From positions 1 to 25,257 of the IMG/VR virus record IMGVR_UViG_3300031953_000094: 25,257 nucleotides of DNA. One strand, given 5' to 3'. The notes below the pieces were generated by a model. The model was not told the origin of the DNA, ran no database searches, and saw nothing but the letters and a program-made list of their open reading frames with translations. This DNA is from a virus (Duplodnaviria; Caudoviricetes). The translations under genes were made by a program, and so were the position numbers. Of this stretch, positions 1 to 7,653 are shown one piece after another. Position 1 is the stretch's first letter. The number at the start of each line of letters is the position of its first letter.

Positions 1-2
1 CG

Positions 3-911
3 ATCACCACGTCTACACTCACCTTCACATGGTCTTACTATGACGCGGAGGGCAGCGCACAGGCAGAGTGGCAAGCCGAACTCCTAGACGGTGCAGGCGC
101 GACCGTTGAGTTCGCATCCGACGCCAACGCGGAAACGACCTACACCTTCGGCAGCCCCGTAGCCGACGCATCCTCATACACCGTCAGGGTGCAGGTGCGC
201 GACGGCTCTGGCCTGTGGTCGGCATGGGACTCTTGGACGTTCAGTGTGTCCTACGCGCTGCCCGCAGATGTGGCACTCGCTGGTGTCTACGACTCGGGCG
301 TGATGGCTATCACCCTCACCCCGGACGCCACTGATCCTGGCGTGACGGTTGACCCCGCATCGGTTGCCGTGCAACGTCGCATCGACGGTGGCGTGTGGGT
401 CACGATTGCCGCAGAACTCGACCCTGCCGCCGTGTTCCTGGACACCAAGTGTGCAACGGTCGGCCTCAACGAGTACCGCGCCATTGTTACGTCAGCGCTT
501 CCATCATCCGTGACAATGAGCCCGGTATCCATCACCACGGCAGACACCCGCTGGTCCTACCTGTCATATGGTCCCGCATTCTCAATCATCTTGCGTTGCT
601 ACGGCAACCTTGAGTTCGGTCACGGTGACGGGCGCGATACCGTCCTGAACGCCTTCGAGAATCGCCCTAAGCCTGTTGCGGTGTTTGGTGCCAACACGTC
701 TTCAACCCTGTCGGTCAAGGCTGACCTGGACGATGACTCCACACCGTTGGTGGACTGGCGCACCGCAGCACGTGAAGCCGAGACCGCACTGGTCCGCATC
801 CCCACGGGCCGTCGTGACTTCGGCGCCATCAGCGGGTTCAGTGCCAGCGAGTCTGACCCGTTCGTGACCCCGATTTCGTTCACGTTCACGGTGGTGGATT
901 TCAGTGGCTAG
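3..911 (+). CDS. Minor tail protein with fibronectin type III-like repeats (5' partial)
   Basis: Frame is open from the window start (ITTSTLTFTWSYYDAEG...YTVRVQVRDGSGLWSAW, FN3-like beta strands). Lies upstream of other tail genes and the lysis cassette. Confidence 0.75.
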   Translation: MTTSTLTFTWSYYDAEGSAQAEWQAELLDGAGATVEFASDANAETTYTFGSPVADASSYTVRVQVRDGSGLWSAWDSWTFSVSYALPADVALAGVYDSGVMAITLTPDATDPGVTVDPASVAVQRRIDGGVWVTIAAELDPAAVFLDTKCATVGLNEYRAIVTSALPSSVTMSPVSITTADTRWSYLSYGPAFSIILRCYGNLEFGHGDGRDTVLNAFENRPKPVAVFGANTSSTLSVKADLDDDSTPLVDWRTAAREAETALVRIPTGRRDFGAISGFSASESDPFVTPISFTFTVVDFSG

Positions 912-2988
912 TCTCACTTTGCCCGCAGGCGTTCTGCCCGAGTTGACGGCGTATGAGTGGTTGCCGACGGGCGACGTTGTCACCAACCTGTTCACTAACC
1001 CGTCGTTTGAGACCGCTGACGGCACGGTCGAGGCGCGCCGGAACCATTGCCCGAATCCGGCGGTCAACGTCGACACGACGGGCTGGTATGGGAATGGCTC
1101 GGTGGTCACGAGGGTTGCCCAGGGTTCCGGTTGGGCGTTTCAGGTTGATGGGTCTGCTGCCTTTGTGGACTCTCCGATAGCGCACATCACGGTTGGTGAG
1201 TACTACTCGGGGTCTGCTGTCGTCTCGGGACCTGCTGGACGAACAGTCAGTGTACGCCTCAGTGGTTCTGTTGGAAGCACCGAAGATGTTGTCTTAACAG
1301 GCGCACCCCAAACAGTGGCCGTGGCTGCTGATGCGGCCACCTCTGACGGGGACCTTCGCCTATACGTGTGGCCCACCGCAGTTGGTGGCGCGTGGACCGC
1401 CGGTGAGTTGTTGACCGTCACCAGGGTGTTATTAGAAAAAGTGACCGGGACCGGCATCGCGGCAGGCGACTACTTCGACGGCACGACCTCACCCGACGCT
1501 GACCTCACGCCCGCGTGGACAGGTACAGCGAACGATTCCGACTCGATCCTGTCGTACGACAAAGTAACGGGCGTCACCACAACGCTCGGCTACCAGTCCG
1601 CACACTGGGCCACAGCAGGCACACACTCGCTCTACGTGCCCACGGGCGGTACCGCAACCATCGCACTCGCCGACGCGTCCACCGTCATTGCGACCGCCCG
1701 CAACTCAGGCCAAACCATCGCCGTCACAGGCGACAGCGCAACATCGACCACAACCGATGAGGCGCTGTCCGTCTACGGCACCACCACCGTCACGCTTGGC
1801 CCCGGATGGTGGGACATGTTGACCATCGTTGCGGGCGCATACATGGGCGCCCAATTCGACGGGTACACACCAAACACCCGCGCCGAGTTCACCGGATACG
1901 CCTACACGTGGACCGGCACCGGGGACGCCAGCACGTCCACACGCACCACCCTTGCCCGCGCGCTCATGGCACTCCCGTATGACGCACAGCTCACCGGCAA
2001 CCGCGCGCCGTACTACACGGTGGGCATCGTCGGTGGTGGCGACATCACCAGCATTGAGAGTGTCGACCTCACGTTCACGTCTAATGCCCGGATCAAGGGT
2101 TACGGCACGATCACGGTCGGCGACGTGGGGCAGGTTATCGACTGGGCAACGGTTCGTCTCGCACCCGTCTACCACCTCAACGCCACGACCTCATGGCCGC
2201 TGTCGCAGTATGTTGCCACATCCCCGCGCGAGTCCCGCAACGACGGTCACCGTTCATGGATTGTCGGCGTGCACGATCTCAGTTTCGCCCTGGACCGTCG
2301 CAAGATCACCACGACTTACGCGCTCGACACGGGCGCAGTTGTCACCGATGAAATCAAGGCGCTCCTGGTGCTGGCCGGCGAAACGAACACGGCGATCACG
2401 GACTCAACCAAGACGCTCCCGAGCCCGCGCGTGTGGCTACCCGGCACCGACTACCTGACCATTGCCAATGACTTGTGCGACGCCATCAATTATTCGTCGC
2501 TCACGGTCAACATGGACGGACAGTTTGAAGCTAAGCCAAGCATCCTGCCGTCCGACCGCCCGGAAACGTTCGCGTTCCTTGACGGCGAGAACTGTATCCA
2601 CTCGGGCAACTTTGACATTGAACGCGACCTGTCCAGCATCCCCGACCAGGTCATCGCCATTGCTCGCGGATCCGGTGACACCGAGGGCCTGGTGGGTTAC
2701 GCACCCGACGCTGGTTCCTATGCCTACTCGGAGACGGTCGAGACTGACGCCACCAGCCAGGCAGACATCGACGCCTTCGCCGCACGATCCCTCGCCGCCC
2801 GTAAAGGCTCCCCGCGCGTCGGCACCATCGAACACTTGCCGGTGCCGCTGACTCAAGGCCAGGTGGTGCGCTTCCGGTCAACGTCGTTTGAGCCGACCAT
2901 CGACGCCCTGTTCATCGTCACCCAAACAAAGATGCCGAAGAACTCTACTGGCAATGCCACATCAACGCTCAGAGAGGTGCTGTCTTGA
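904..2988 (+). CDS. Minor tail protein (carbohydrate-binding-like N-terminal region, baseplate/Tal-like C-terminal region)
   Basis: 694 aa, Thr/Gly/Ala-rich. NLFTNPSFE, NHCPNP and YFDG motifs are typical of actinophage minor tail proteins. Confidence 0.75.
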   Translation: MASLTLPAGVLPELTAYEWLPTGDVVTNLFTNPSFETADGTVEARRNHCPNPAVNVDTTGWYGNGSVVTRVAQGSGWAFQVDGSAAFVDSPIAHITVGEYYSGSAVVSGPAGRTVSVRLSGSVGSTEDVVLTGAPQTVAVAADAATSDGDLRLYVWPTAVGGAWTAGELLTVTRVLLEKVTGTGIAAGDYFDGTTSPDADLTPAWTGTANDSDSILSYDKVTGVTTTLGYQSAHWATAGTHSLYVPTGGTATIALADASTVIATARNSGQTIAVTGDSATSTTTDEALSVYGTTTVTLGPGWWDMLTIVAGAYMGAQFDGYTPNTRAEFTGYAYTWTGTGDASTSTRTTLARALMALPYDAQLTGNRAPYYTVGIVGGGDITSIESVDLTFTSNARIKGYGTITVGDVGQVIDWATVRLAPVYHLNATTSWPLSQYVATSPRESRNDGHRSWIVGVHDLSFALDRRKITTTYALDTGAVVTDEIKALLVLAGETNTAITDSTKTLPSPRVWLPGTDYLTIANDLCDAINYSSLTVNMDGQFEAKPSILPSDRPETFAFLDGENCIHSGNFDIERDLSSIPDQVIAIARGSGDTEGLVGYAPDAGSYAYSETVETDATSQADIDAFAARSLAARKGSPRVGTIEHLPVPLTQGQVVRFRSTSFEPTIDALFIVTQTKMPKNSTGNATSTLREVLS

Positions 2989-3509
2989 GCACACCCGAAA
3001 TTATCCGCGCGGTCGTCACCCAGGTGACCCCGCTCCGTGTTCGTATCGAAGGCCCCGACATGTCCGCCATGGGTGTCACGCCGGACAACTACGCCGGGAC
3101 GCTCGCCGTAGCAGACACCGTACTGGTGACGCGTTACCCACGTGGACAGATCGAAGTGCTGGCGCGTTTGGGTGGACCAGCCACAAGTGACACCGGCTGG
3201 CTTACCCCGGCTGGCTCCCCCGGCGGTTGGTATAGCAGCAACTCGGTACGCGTCAAGGACGGCTGGGCGACCATCAACATCTTCCTCACTGCGGCATCGA
3301 ACCGGGCGGGAGGAACCATCGTCGGCGTATTCCCCGCAGACTCGCGTTGGGCGCACACGGTCCCGGACGACATTTGGTTCGTCCTCGGTTCTAGTTCGAC
3401 GCCATTCCGTGGGCGGGTACTCAGTGATGGATCAATTAACGGTTATGGGGCTCCGGCAATGAACGCTGGCTCCACTATTACGGGCACCGTCACATACCCG
3501 GTCGGCTAA
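2985..3509 (+). CDS. Minor tail protein
   Basis: TTGA overlap with the previous gene. N-terminal VVTQVTPLRVRI OB-like segment and DTGW motif, as in tail-tip proteins. Confidence 0.65.
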   Translation: MSTPEIIRAVVTQVTPLRVRIEGPDMSAMGVTPDNYAGTLAVADTVLVTRYPRGQIEVLARLGGPATSDTGWLTPAGSPGGWYSSNSVRVKDGWATINIFLTAASNRAGGTIVGVFPADSRWAHTVPDDIWFVLGSSSTPFRGRVLSDGSINGYGAPAMNAGSTITGTVTYPVG

Positions 3510-3615
3510 CCGCGACCACCAACCACAACCGCGACGATGACGACCTCAAGTTTGGTGCGCCCTCACGACGGACAACGTAAGCCCCACCAACCCGCCACAC
3601 GAAAGGACACCCCCC

Positions 3616-4443
3616 ATGCGAGTCTTCCAACAGCTCGTCGCGCTTTGGCGTCGACTGACCCGCACCTACCGCGGTAAAAACAAGCTCGAGTGGATCACTG
3701 TCCACGAGACCGCCAACCCAAACGACGGTGCAGACGCCCAGGCGCACGCGAACCTACAGAGTAAGGGCAACGCCCGCCGCGCGTCATGGCATGAACAGGT
3801 TGACGACGGTGAAGCCATCCAGTCGTACCCAGACACGAACCGGTGCTGGCACGCAGGCGACGGCCGGGGCAACGGAAACCTGAACTCGTATGCCTTCGAG
3901 ATCTGCGTGAACCGTGACGGCGACTACATCAAAGCCGTCCACAACACTGCCGATCGTGTCCGCGCCAAGATGCGCGAGCGGAACATCCCAATCTCTCGCG
4001 TCGTCCAGCACAACCACTGGTCCGGCAAGAACTGCCCAACATTCCTGAGATCAGGATCTCAGGGCGTCGACTGGAACAACTTCCTCGCACTCGTCGCAGG
4101 CTCCCCCGTGTCCCTGCCTAAACCAGCACCAACCCCCACTACCCCAAGTTCTGGAAGGAAGGTCACCGTGAACGTCACGATGCGCCGTATCGACCTGTCT
4201 CACGCGGACGCCACCAGTGTCACCGGCGACGATGTCGGACAACTGCAAGGCCTCCTCATGGCCCACGGCTACGGACCCAAGGGTCTCGTCAACACGAAAA
4301 CGGGGCGTCCCGACAAGTTGGGCGGCACCCTCACCAAGGCGTGGTTCCGGCAGTTCCAGAAGGACCACCCCCACACCGGCACCAAGGGCAAGCCGGACGA
4401 CGTGTGCGGCCCCGCGTCGTGGACCGAACTGATCCAGAACTAG
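3616..4443 (+). CDS. Endolysin, N-acetylmuramoyl-L-alanine amidase (Amidase_2) with C-terminal peptidoglycan-binding domain
   Basis: Amidase motifs ITVHETAN, SWHEQVD, WHAGDG, FEIC and QHNHWSGKNCP. Pro/Thr linker. PG-binding motifs GDDVGQLQGLL...FRQFQ...DDVCGPASW. RBS GAAAGGA. Confidence 0.92.
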   Translation: MRVFQQLVALWRRLTRTYRGKNKLEWITVHETANPNDGADAQAHANLQSKGNARRASWHEQVDDGEAIQSYPDTNRCWHAGDGRGNGNLNSYAFEICVNRDGDYIKAVHNTADRVRAKMRERNIPISRVVQHNHWSGKNCPTFLRSGSQGVDWNNFLALVAGSPVSLPKPAPTPTTPSSGRKVTVNVTMRRIDLSHADATSVTGDDVGQLQGLLMAHGYGPKGLVNTKTGRPDKLGGTLTKAWFRQFQKDHPHTGTKGKPDDVCGPASWTELIQN

Positions 4444-4449
4444 GGCGCC

Positions 4450-4764
4450 ATGAGCGAGCCGACCTACACCGAAAACGTGACCGAGCTCAAGGGGGACATG
4501 CGCGAAGGCTTTGCCCAAATAAAGGGCACGATCAACGAACTCGCGGCAGAAGTTAGGTCATCCAACCAGGCCCGCAGTATCGAGGCCATCGAGTTGCGCC
4601 GCGATGTTGACCGAAATACCGCCGACATTCACGCCATTCAACTGAGGTTCGCCGCGATGGATGCCGCACCAGGGCTCACGTGGAAAACGGTCATCGGCGA
4701 CGTGAAGGTGTGGATCACGGTCGCCGCCATCGCATTCGGTATCTGGCAGGGACTCGGAAGCTAA
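4450..4764 (+). CDS. Lysis-cassette membrane protein (coiled coil plus C-terminal TM helix)
   Basis: C-terminal hydrophobic segment VWITVAAIAFGIW; lies between endolysin and holin. Confidence 0.7.
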   Translation: MSEPTYTENVTELKGDMREGFAQIKGTINELAAEVRSSNQARSIEAIELRRDVDRNTADIHAIQLRFAAMDAAPGLTWKTVIGDVKVWITVAAIAFGIWQGLGS

Positions 4765-4873
4765 TTCGGGCCGTGCCTGGTGCGCCGCGGCATGTCCATC
4801 CGAGCCCTCACGGGAAGCGCACCCACACAAACGACCGCACGCAATGGACGTGTGGCAGAACAGGAGACACACC

Positions 4874-5083
4874 ATGAATATCACCTGGCTCAAAGCCGCA
4901 GGAATGCGCGCACTCAAGACGTTTGCCCAGACCGCGGTCGCCCTCATCGGCACCGGGGCTGTCGGCCTGCTGGACGTGAGTTGGGTGGGCGTCGGCTCGG
5001 GCGCACTGCTCGCTGCCGTCCTGTCGATGCTCACCTCGATAGGCGGCATCCCCGAAGTGGAAGCGGCACCACCCCGCCCGTAA
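4874..5083 (+). CDS. Holin (phage r1t holin family)
   Basis: WLKAAGMRALKTFAQTAVALIG signature and two TM segments. RBS AGGAG before ATG 4874. Confidence 0.88.
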   Translation: MNITWLKAAGMRALKTFAQTAVALIGTGAVGLLDVSWVGVGSGALLAAVLSMLTSIGGIPEVEAAPPRP

Positions 5084-5133
5084 CCCCCTAGACGCGCGAC
5101 CCTCCACGCGCGCCACCTCCACTCGCGACGAAC

Positions 5134-5178
5134 GCCCCCCGCATCGGCCTCATATGGCTGGTGTGGGGGGCTACTTGT
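5134..5178 (+). terminator. Intrinsic terminator ending the late/lysis operon
   Basis: 16-bp stem GCCCCCCGCATCGGCC / GGCTGGTGTGGGGGGC with G-U pairs favouring the + strand, a 6-nt loop and a weak T tail. Confidence 0.7.
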
Positions 5179-5218
5179 CGTTGCTAGGGTGCGGGGGCGC
5201 TACCGTGGGCCCAACTAG

Positions 5219-5308
5219 CGTTTCCCCGCACTCGCGGGGATGATCCCAGTTTCGCTAGCACCGCGACGATCACGGCGTCGTACTCCCCGCATCTGCGGGG
5301 CTTTCGGG
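5219..5308 (+). CRISPR. Type I-E-like CRISPR mini-array: repeat, one spacer, degenerate repeat
   Basis: R1 5219-5247 CGTTTCCCCGCACTCGCGGGGATGATCCC. Spacer 5248-5279 (32 nt) AGTTTCGCTAGCACCGCGACGATCACGGCGTC. R2 5280-5308 GTACTCCCCGCATCTGCGGGGCTTTCGGG. The 61-nt period and CCCCGC-N4-GCGGGG hairpin are canonical for type I-E. Confidence 0.85.
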
Positions 5309-5851
5309 TCGCCAGGCGGCGATGGTGGAGCGCAGCCAGTACGGGGTGCGCTTATCAATGTGGCCGTCTGGCTCGGGGGCCTGGCCACGCGACACGTAGG
5401 AGCGGAAAGTCGTCGGCTGAACACCTGCGACACGTGCAGCCTGTGACGCGGTCAGCCGCTCACCGGCGAAAGTACCCAGCGTCGCAGCGCGGGCGATCAT
5501 CGCGGCTGCCATGACCTCGGGCGTATTTTCTGGCCCTAGTCCCGTGTACTCGCGGGGCTCGCGGTCATAGGCGAGGGTCCATGCCAGCGACCCGGCGCGC
5601 AACCTGTGGCCCGTCCTGTAGGACACACGGTAGGGCTCCGAGCCGGGGACGATGCGCCCAGGATTACCGCGATCCTCTCGCCCGGTCGTGATGACGAGAT
5701 CCGCAGTGTCGTCGCCGGTGGGCGTGTAGTCCCACAGGATGATCCAGGCGTCACGGTTGGCGTGGCTCGTGCCGTCCGCCAACTCGGCGAGTAGCGTCGC
5801 AGGGAAAGCGGTGCCCGGTGCGGTCCGGCGGATAGGTCCAGTGATTGTCAT
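5270..5851 (-). CDS. Protein with unknown N-terminal domain and C-terminal MerR/AlpA-like helix-turn-helix (Aca-like regulator candidate)
   Basis: C-terminal HTH LTASQAARVAGVQPTTFRSYVSRGQAPEPDGHIDKRTPYWLRSTIAAW. RBS AGGAGAG before ATG 5851. Confidence 0.8.
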   Translation of the reverse strand: MTITGPIRRTAPGTAFPATLLAELADGTSHANRDAWIILWDYTPTGDDTADLVITTGREDRGNPGRIVPGSEPYRVSYRTGHRLRAGSLAWTLAYDREPREYTGLGPENTPEVMAAAMIARAATLGTFAGERLTASQAARVAGVQPTTFRSYVSRGQAPEPDGHIDKRTPYWLRSTIAAWRPESPADAGSTTP

Positions 5852-5862
5852 GATGCTCTCTC

Positions 5863-6171
5863 CTAGAGGTAGGTGCCGACGTCGGCACTGCTGCTGTAGT
5901 GGCCGCATGAGTAGCAACGACCGTGGCAATCGTGGTCGTGGATGGTGCAGGGTCGCACGACGGTGGGGGTGGTGTCGCGACGGTCGAGGATATCGATAGC
6001 GGCACGCATGACCGCGTGGGACTGGGAGGCGATAGCCAGCGCCTCGGGTGAGTGGTAGCGACCCATGTCCGTGCCGAGGTAGTCGTGATTGTGTTTGATG
6101 AGTGCGCGAAGCTGCTCGCTGGTGGCTGCCTGCATCTTCTGTGCGAATTCCGTGGTGATCGTGGCGGTCAC
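5863..6171 (-). CDS. Small hypothetical protein with C-terminal Cys/His cluster (anti-defence candidate)
   Basis: GGAGG RBS 8 nt before GTG 6171. First gene behind a sigma70-type promoter. Contains CTIHDHDCHGRCYSCGH. Confidence 0.7.
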   Translation of the reverse strand: MTATITTEFAQKMQAATSEQLRALIKHNHDYLGTDMGRYHSPEALAIASQSHAVMRAAIDILDRRDTTPTVVRPCTIHDHDCHGRCYSCGHYSSSADVGTYL

Positions 6172-6201
6172 GGTGACCACCTCCTCTCTGTCTATGTCTC
6201 T

Positions 6202-6229
6202 ATCTTACATCGCTAGCGCTGTAATGCAA
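6202..6229 (-). promoter_or_regulatory. SigA-type promoter overlapped by a palindromic operator
   Basis: Minus strand TTGCAT-N16-TAAGAT. A 20-bp palindrome TTACATCGCTAGCGCTGTAA (6205-6224, one mismatched pair) spans the spacer. Confidence 0.7.
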
Positions 6230-6300
6230 GTCGAGATAGCCCCAACCAGGTCACAGTTTGGTAACGGGGCCGGTCGCACCACCGGCACGCGCGACACTAA

Positions 6301-6345
6301 CGCCCCCGCTCGCTGACTTCGGTCGGTGAGTGGGGGCGATTCTCT
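6301..6345 (+). terminator. Intrinsic terminator with a UUCG tetraloop
   Basis: 17-bp stem CGCCCCCGCTCGCTGAC-TTCG-GTCGGTGAGTGGGGGCG followed by ATTCTCT. Confidence 0.75.
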
Positions 6346-6352
6346 GAGGTCA

Positions 6353-6393
6353 ACACGTGACCGATAAGGTAGATAATCGTACACATGTCAAGT
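6353..6393. other. Putative tyrosine-recombinase core / dif-like site
   Basis: Imperfect inverted repeat ACACGTGACCGATAA-GGTAGA-TAATCGTACACATGT (11/15 matching, 6-bp spacer). Contains CCGATAA and ATGTCAAGT, resembling actinobacterial dif arms as recalled. Confidence 0.4.
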
Positions 6394-6439
6394 AGACTAG
6401 CACCTGTCAGGCAAAACGGCAATAGACAGGAATGGCGAC

Positions 6440-6865
6440 ATGACAAGCCAGCGGACGTGTTACTCATGCAAAGAGGTAAGGCCGCTCTCGATGTTCTACA
6501 TAGAGGCAGAGAAGCGGCGCGCCGCTACGTTGGGGCGCACGAGCATCCAACACATGTGCAGACTTTGCAGCAGAGAAGTTGCGGTTAAGCGCATGGCGCC
6601 ACGACGGGCAATCATTGACGAAGCGAGGGCCGTGGGCTGCGCAGATTGCGGCGTGGTGAACCTGGCGCACCCAGAGATATTCGACTTCGACCACTTGCCC
6701 GGACACGTCAAACTGGGAAGCGTCACGGCATTTCTGACCAAGGGTTCGATTGATGACCTGCGCGCCGAAATCGCCAAGTGCGAGGTGGTGTGCTCTAACT
6801 GCCACAGAATCCGCACCAAGTCACGCGAGGCCGCGACGTTCGGTGTTAGCAGGGTGGTGATCTAG
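6440..6865 (+). CDS. HNH endonuclease with N-terminal zinc finger
   Basis: CYSC...CRLC, GCADCG, FDFDH and KCEVVCSNCHRIRT motifs. Confidence 0.85.
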   Translation: MTSQRTCYSCKEVRPLSMFYIEAEKRRAATLGRTSIQHMCRLCSREVAVKRMAPRRAIIDEARAVGCADCGVVNLAHPEIFDFDHLPGHVKLGSVTAFLTKGSIDDLRAEIAKCEVVCSNCHRIRTKSREAATFGVSRVVI

Positions 6866-7653
6866 TGGCCGACCTTCTCACAGATGAGTACCTAGCGTGG
6901 TGCCGAAATCAGCGCATCACGCCGAACACAGTCACCAGCCGACGCCGCGTACTCAAGTCGCTCGGCAACGCCGGGGTTGCCACCCGCGAAGAGGTTGAAG
7001 CTTGGTGGAACGAGCGCGCCCACCTCACGGCTGGCACCAGATCCAATGACCTGGCGAACCTGCGCACGTTCTTCAAGTGGTGCAGGCGATGGGAACACCG
7101 CGACGACGACCCCACCCTGCGCCTCGACTCCCCCAAGGTCTCACGCGGACTCCCACGACCACTGAGCAAGCCCGACCTACTGCGACTACTCGACGTGCTT
7201 GGACCCGACCTGCGCCGCTCCGTATGCCTGGGCGCCTATGCCGGGCTGCGTGTATCCGAAGCGGCGGCACTGCGCTGGGACGACATCGACCTAGAGATCA
7301 ACACCATGCGCATCAACGACTCCAAGGGCGGCAAGTCCCGACTCGTCAAGGTGTCACCGCTGTTGATCGACGAACTACTACCACGGGCCGACGGGAACGT
7401 GGTCACCGCTGGCGAACGGCCATACAGTGCCGCGAACCTACAGCGCAAGATCAACCGGGCCATCAAGGCGGCAGGCGTGACTGCCACCTTCCACCAACTG
7501 CGCCACCGTTACGGCACCGTTGCCTACCAAGCCACGGGCGACCTGCTCGCGGTCGGTCGGCAGATGGGGCACTCGTCACCAGTCACCACGGCCATCTATG
7601 CACAAGCGTCTGATGACATCACGGCCAAGATCGCAGCGGCGGTGTTGCGCTAG
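6865..7653 (+). CDS. Tyrosine recombinase (XerC/D-like, no arm-binding domain); second recombinase
   Basis: Full catalytic set: AGLRVSE (R), SKGGK (K), HQLRH, MGHSS, TAIY (Y). 262 aa; TAGTG coupling to the HNH gene. Confidence 0.92.
   Translation: MADLLTDEYLAWCRNQRITPNTVTSRRRVLKSLGNAGVATREEVEAWWNERAHLTAGTRSNDLANLRTFFKWCRRWEHRDDDPTLRLDSPKVSRGLPRPLSKPDLLRLLDVLGPDLRRSVCLGAYAGLRVSEAAALRWDDIDLEINTMRINDSKGGKSRLVKVSPLLIDELLPRADGNVVTAGERPYSAANLQRKINRAIKAAGVTATFHQLRHRYGTVAYQATGDLLAVGRQMGHSSPVTTAIYAQASDDITAKIAAAVLR

Noticed and set aside
2281-2315. Possible self-target of the mini-array spacer in the tail gene (AGTTTCGC...ACCG...GATCAC)
   Set aside because: The 8-nt seed matches, but the rest needs several indels and the upstream triplet (CTC) is repeat-like rather than a typical I-E PAM. 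Likely chance.
904-3509. Recombinase-driven tail-fibre inversion (shufflon) or DGR
   Set aside because: No inverted cassette repeats, reverse-oriented tail variants, reverse transcriptase or TR/VR pair were seen.
5309-5450. Additional CRISPR repeats extending the array
   Set aside because: No CCCCGC-N4-GCGGGG hairpin at +61 nt (about 5341) or -61 nt (about 5158). The array has only one spacer.
6210-6226. Partial spacer similarity to the HTH operon operator (TCGCTAGC core, 12/17)
   Set aside because: Spacer positions 1-4 (PAM-proximal seed) do not match on either strand, so Cascade-mediated autoregulation is unsupported. Worth rechecking in relatives.
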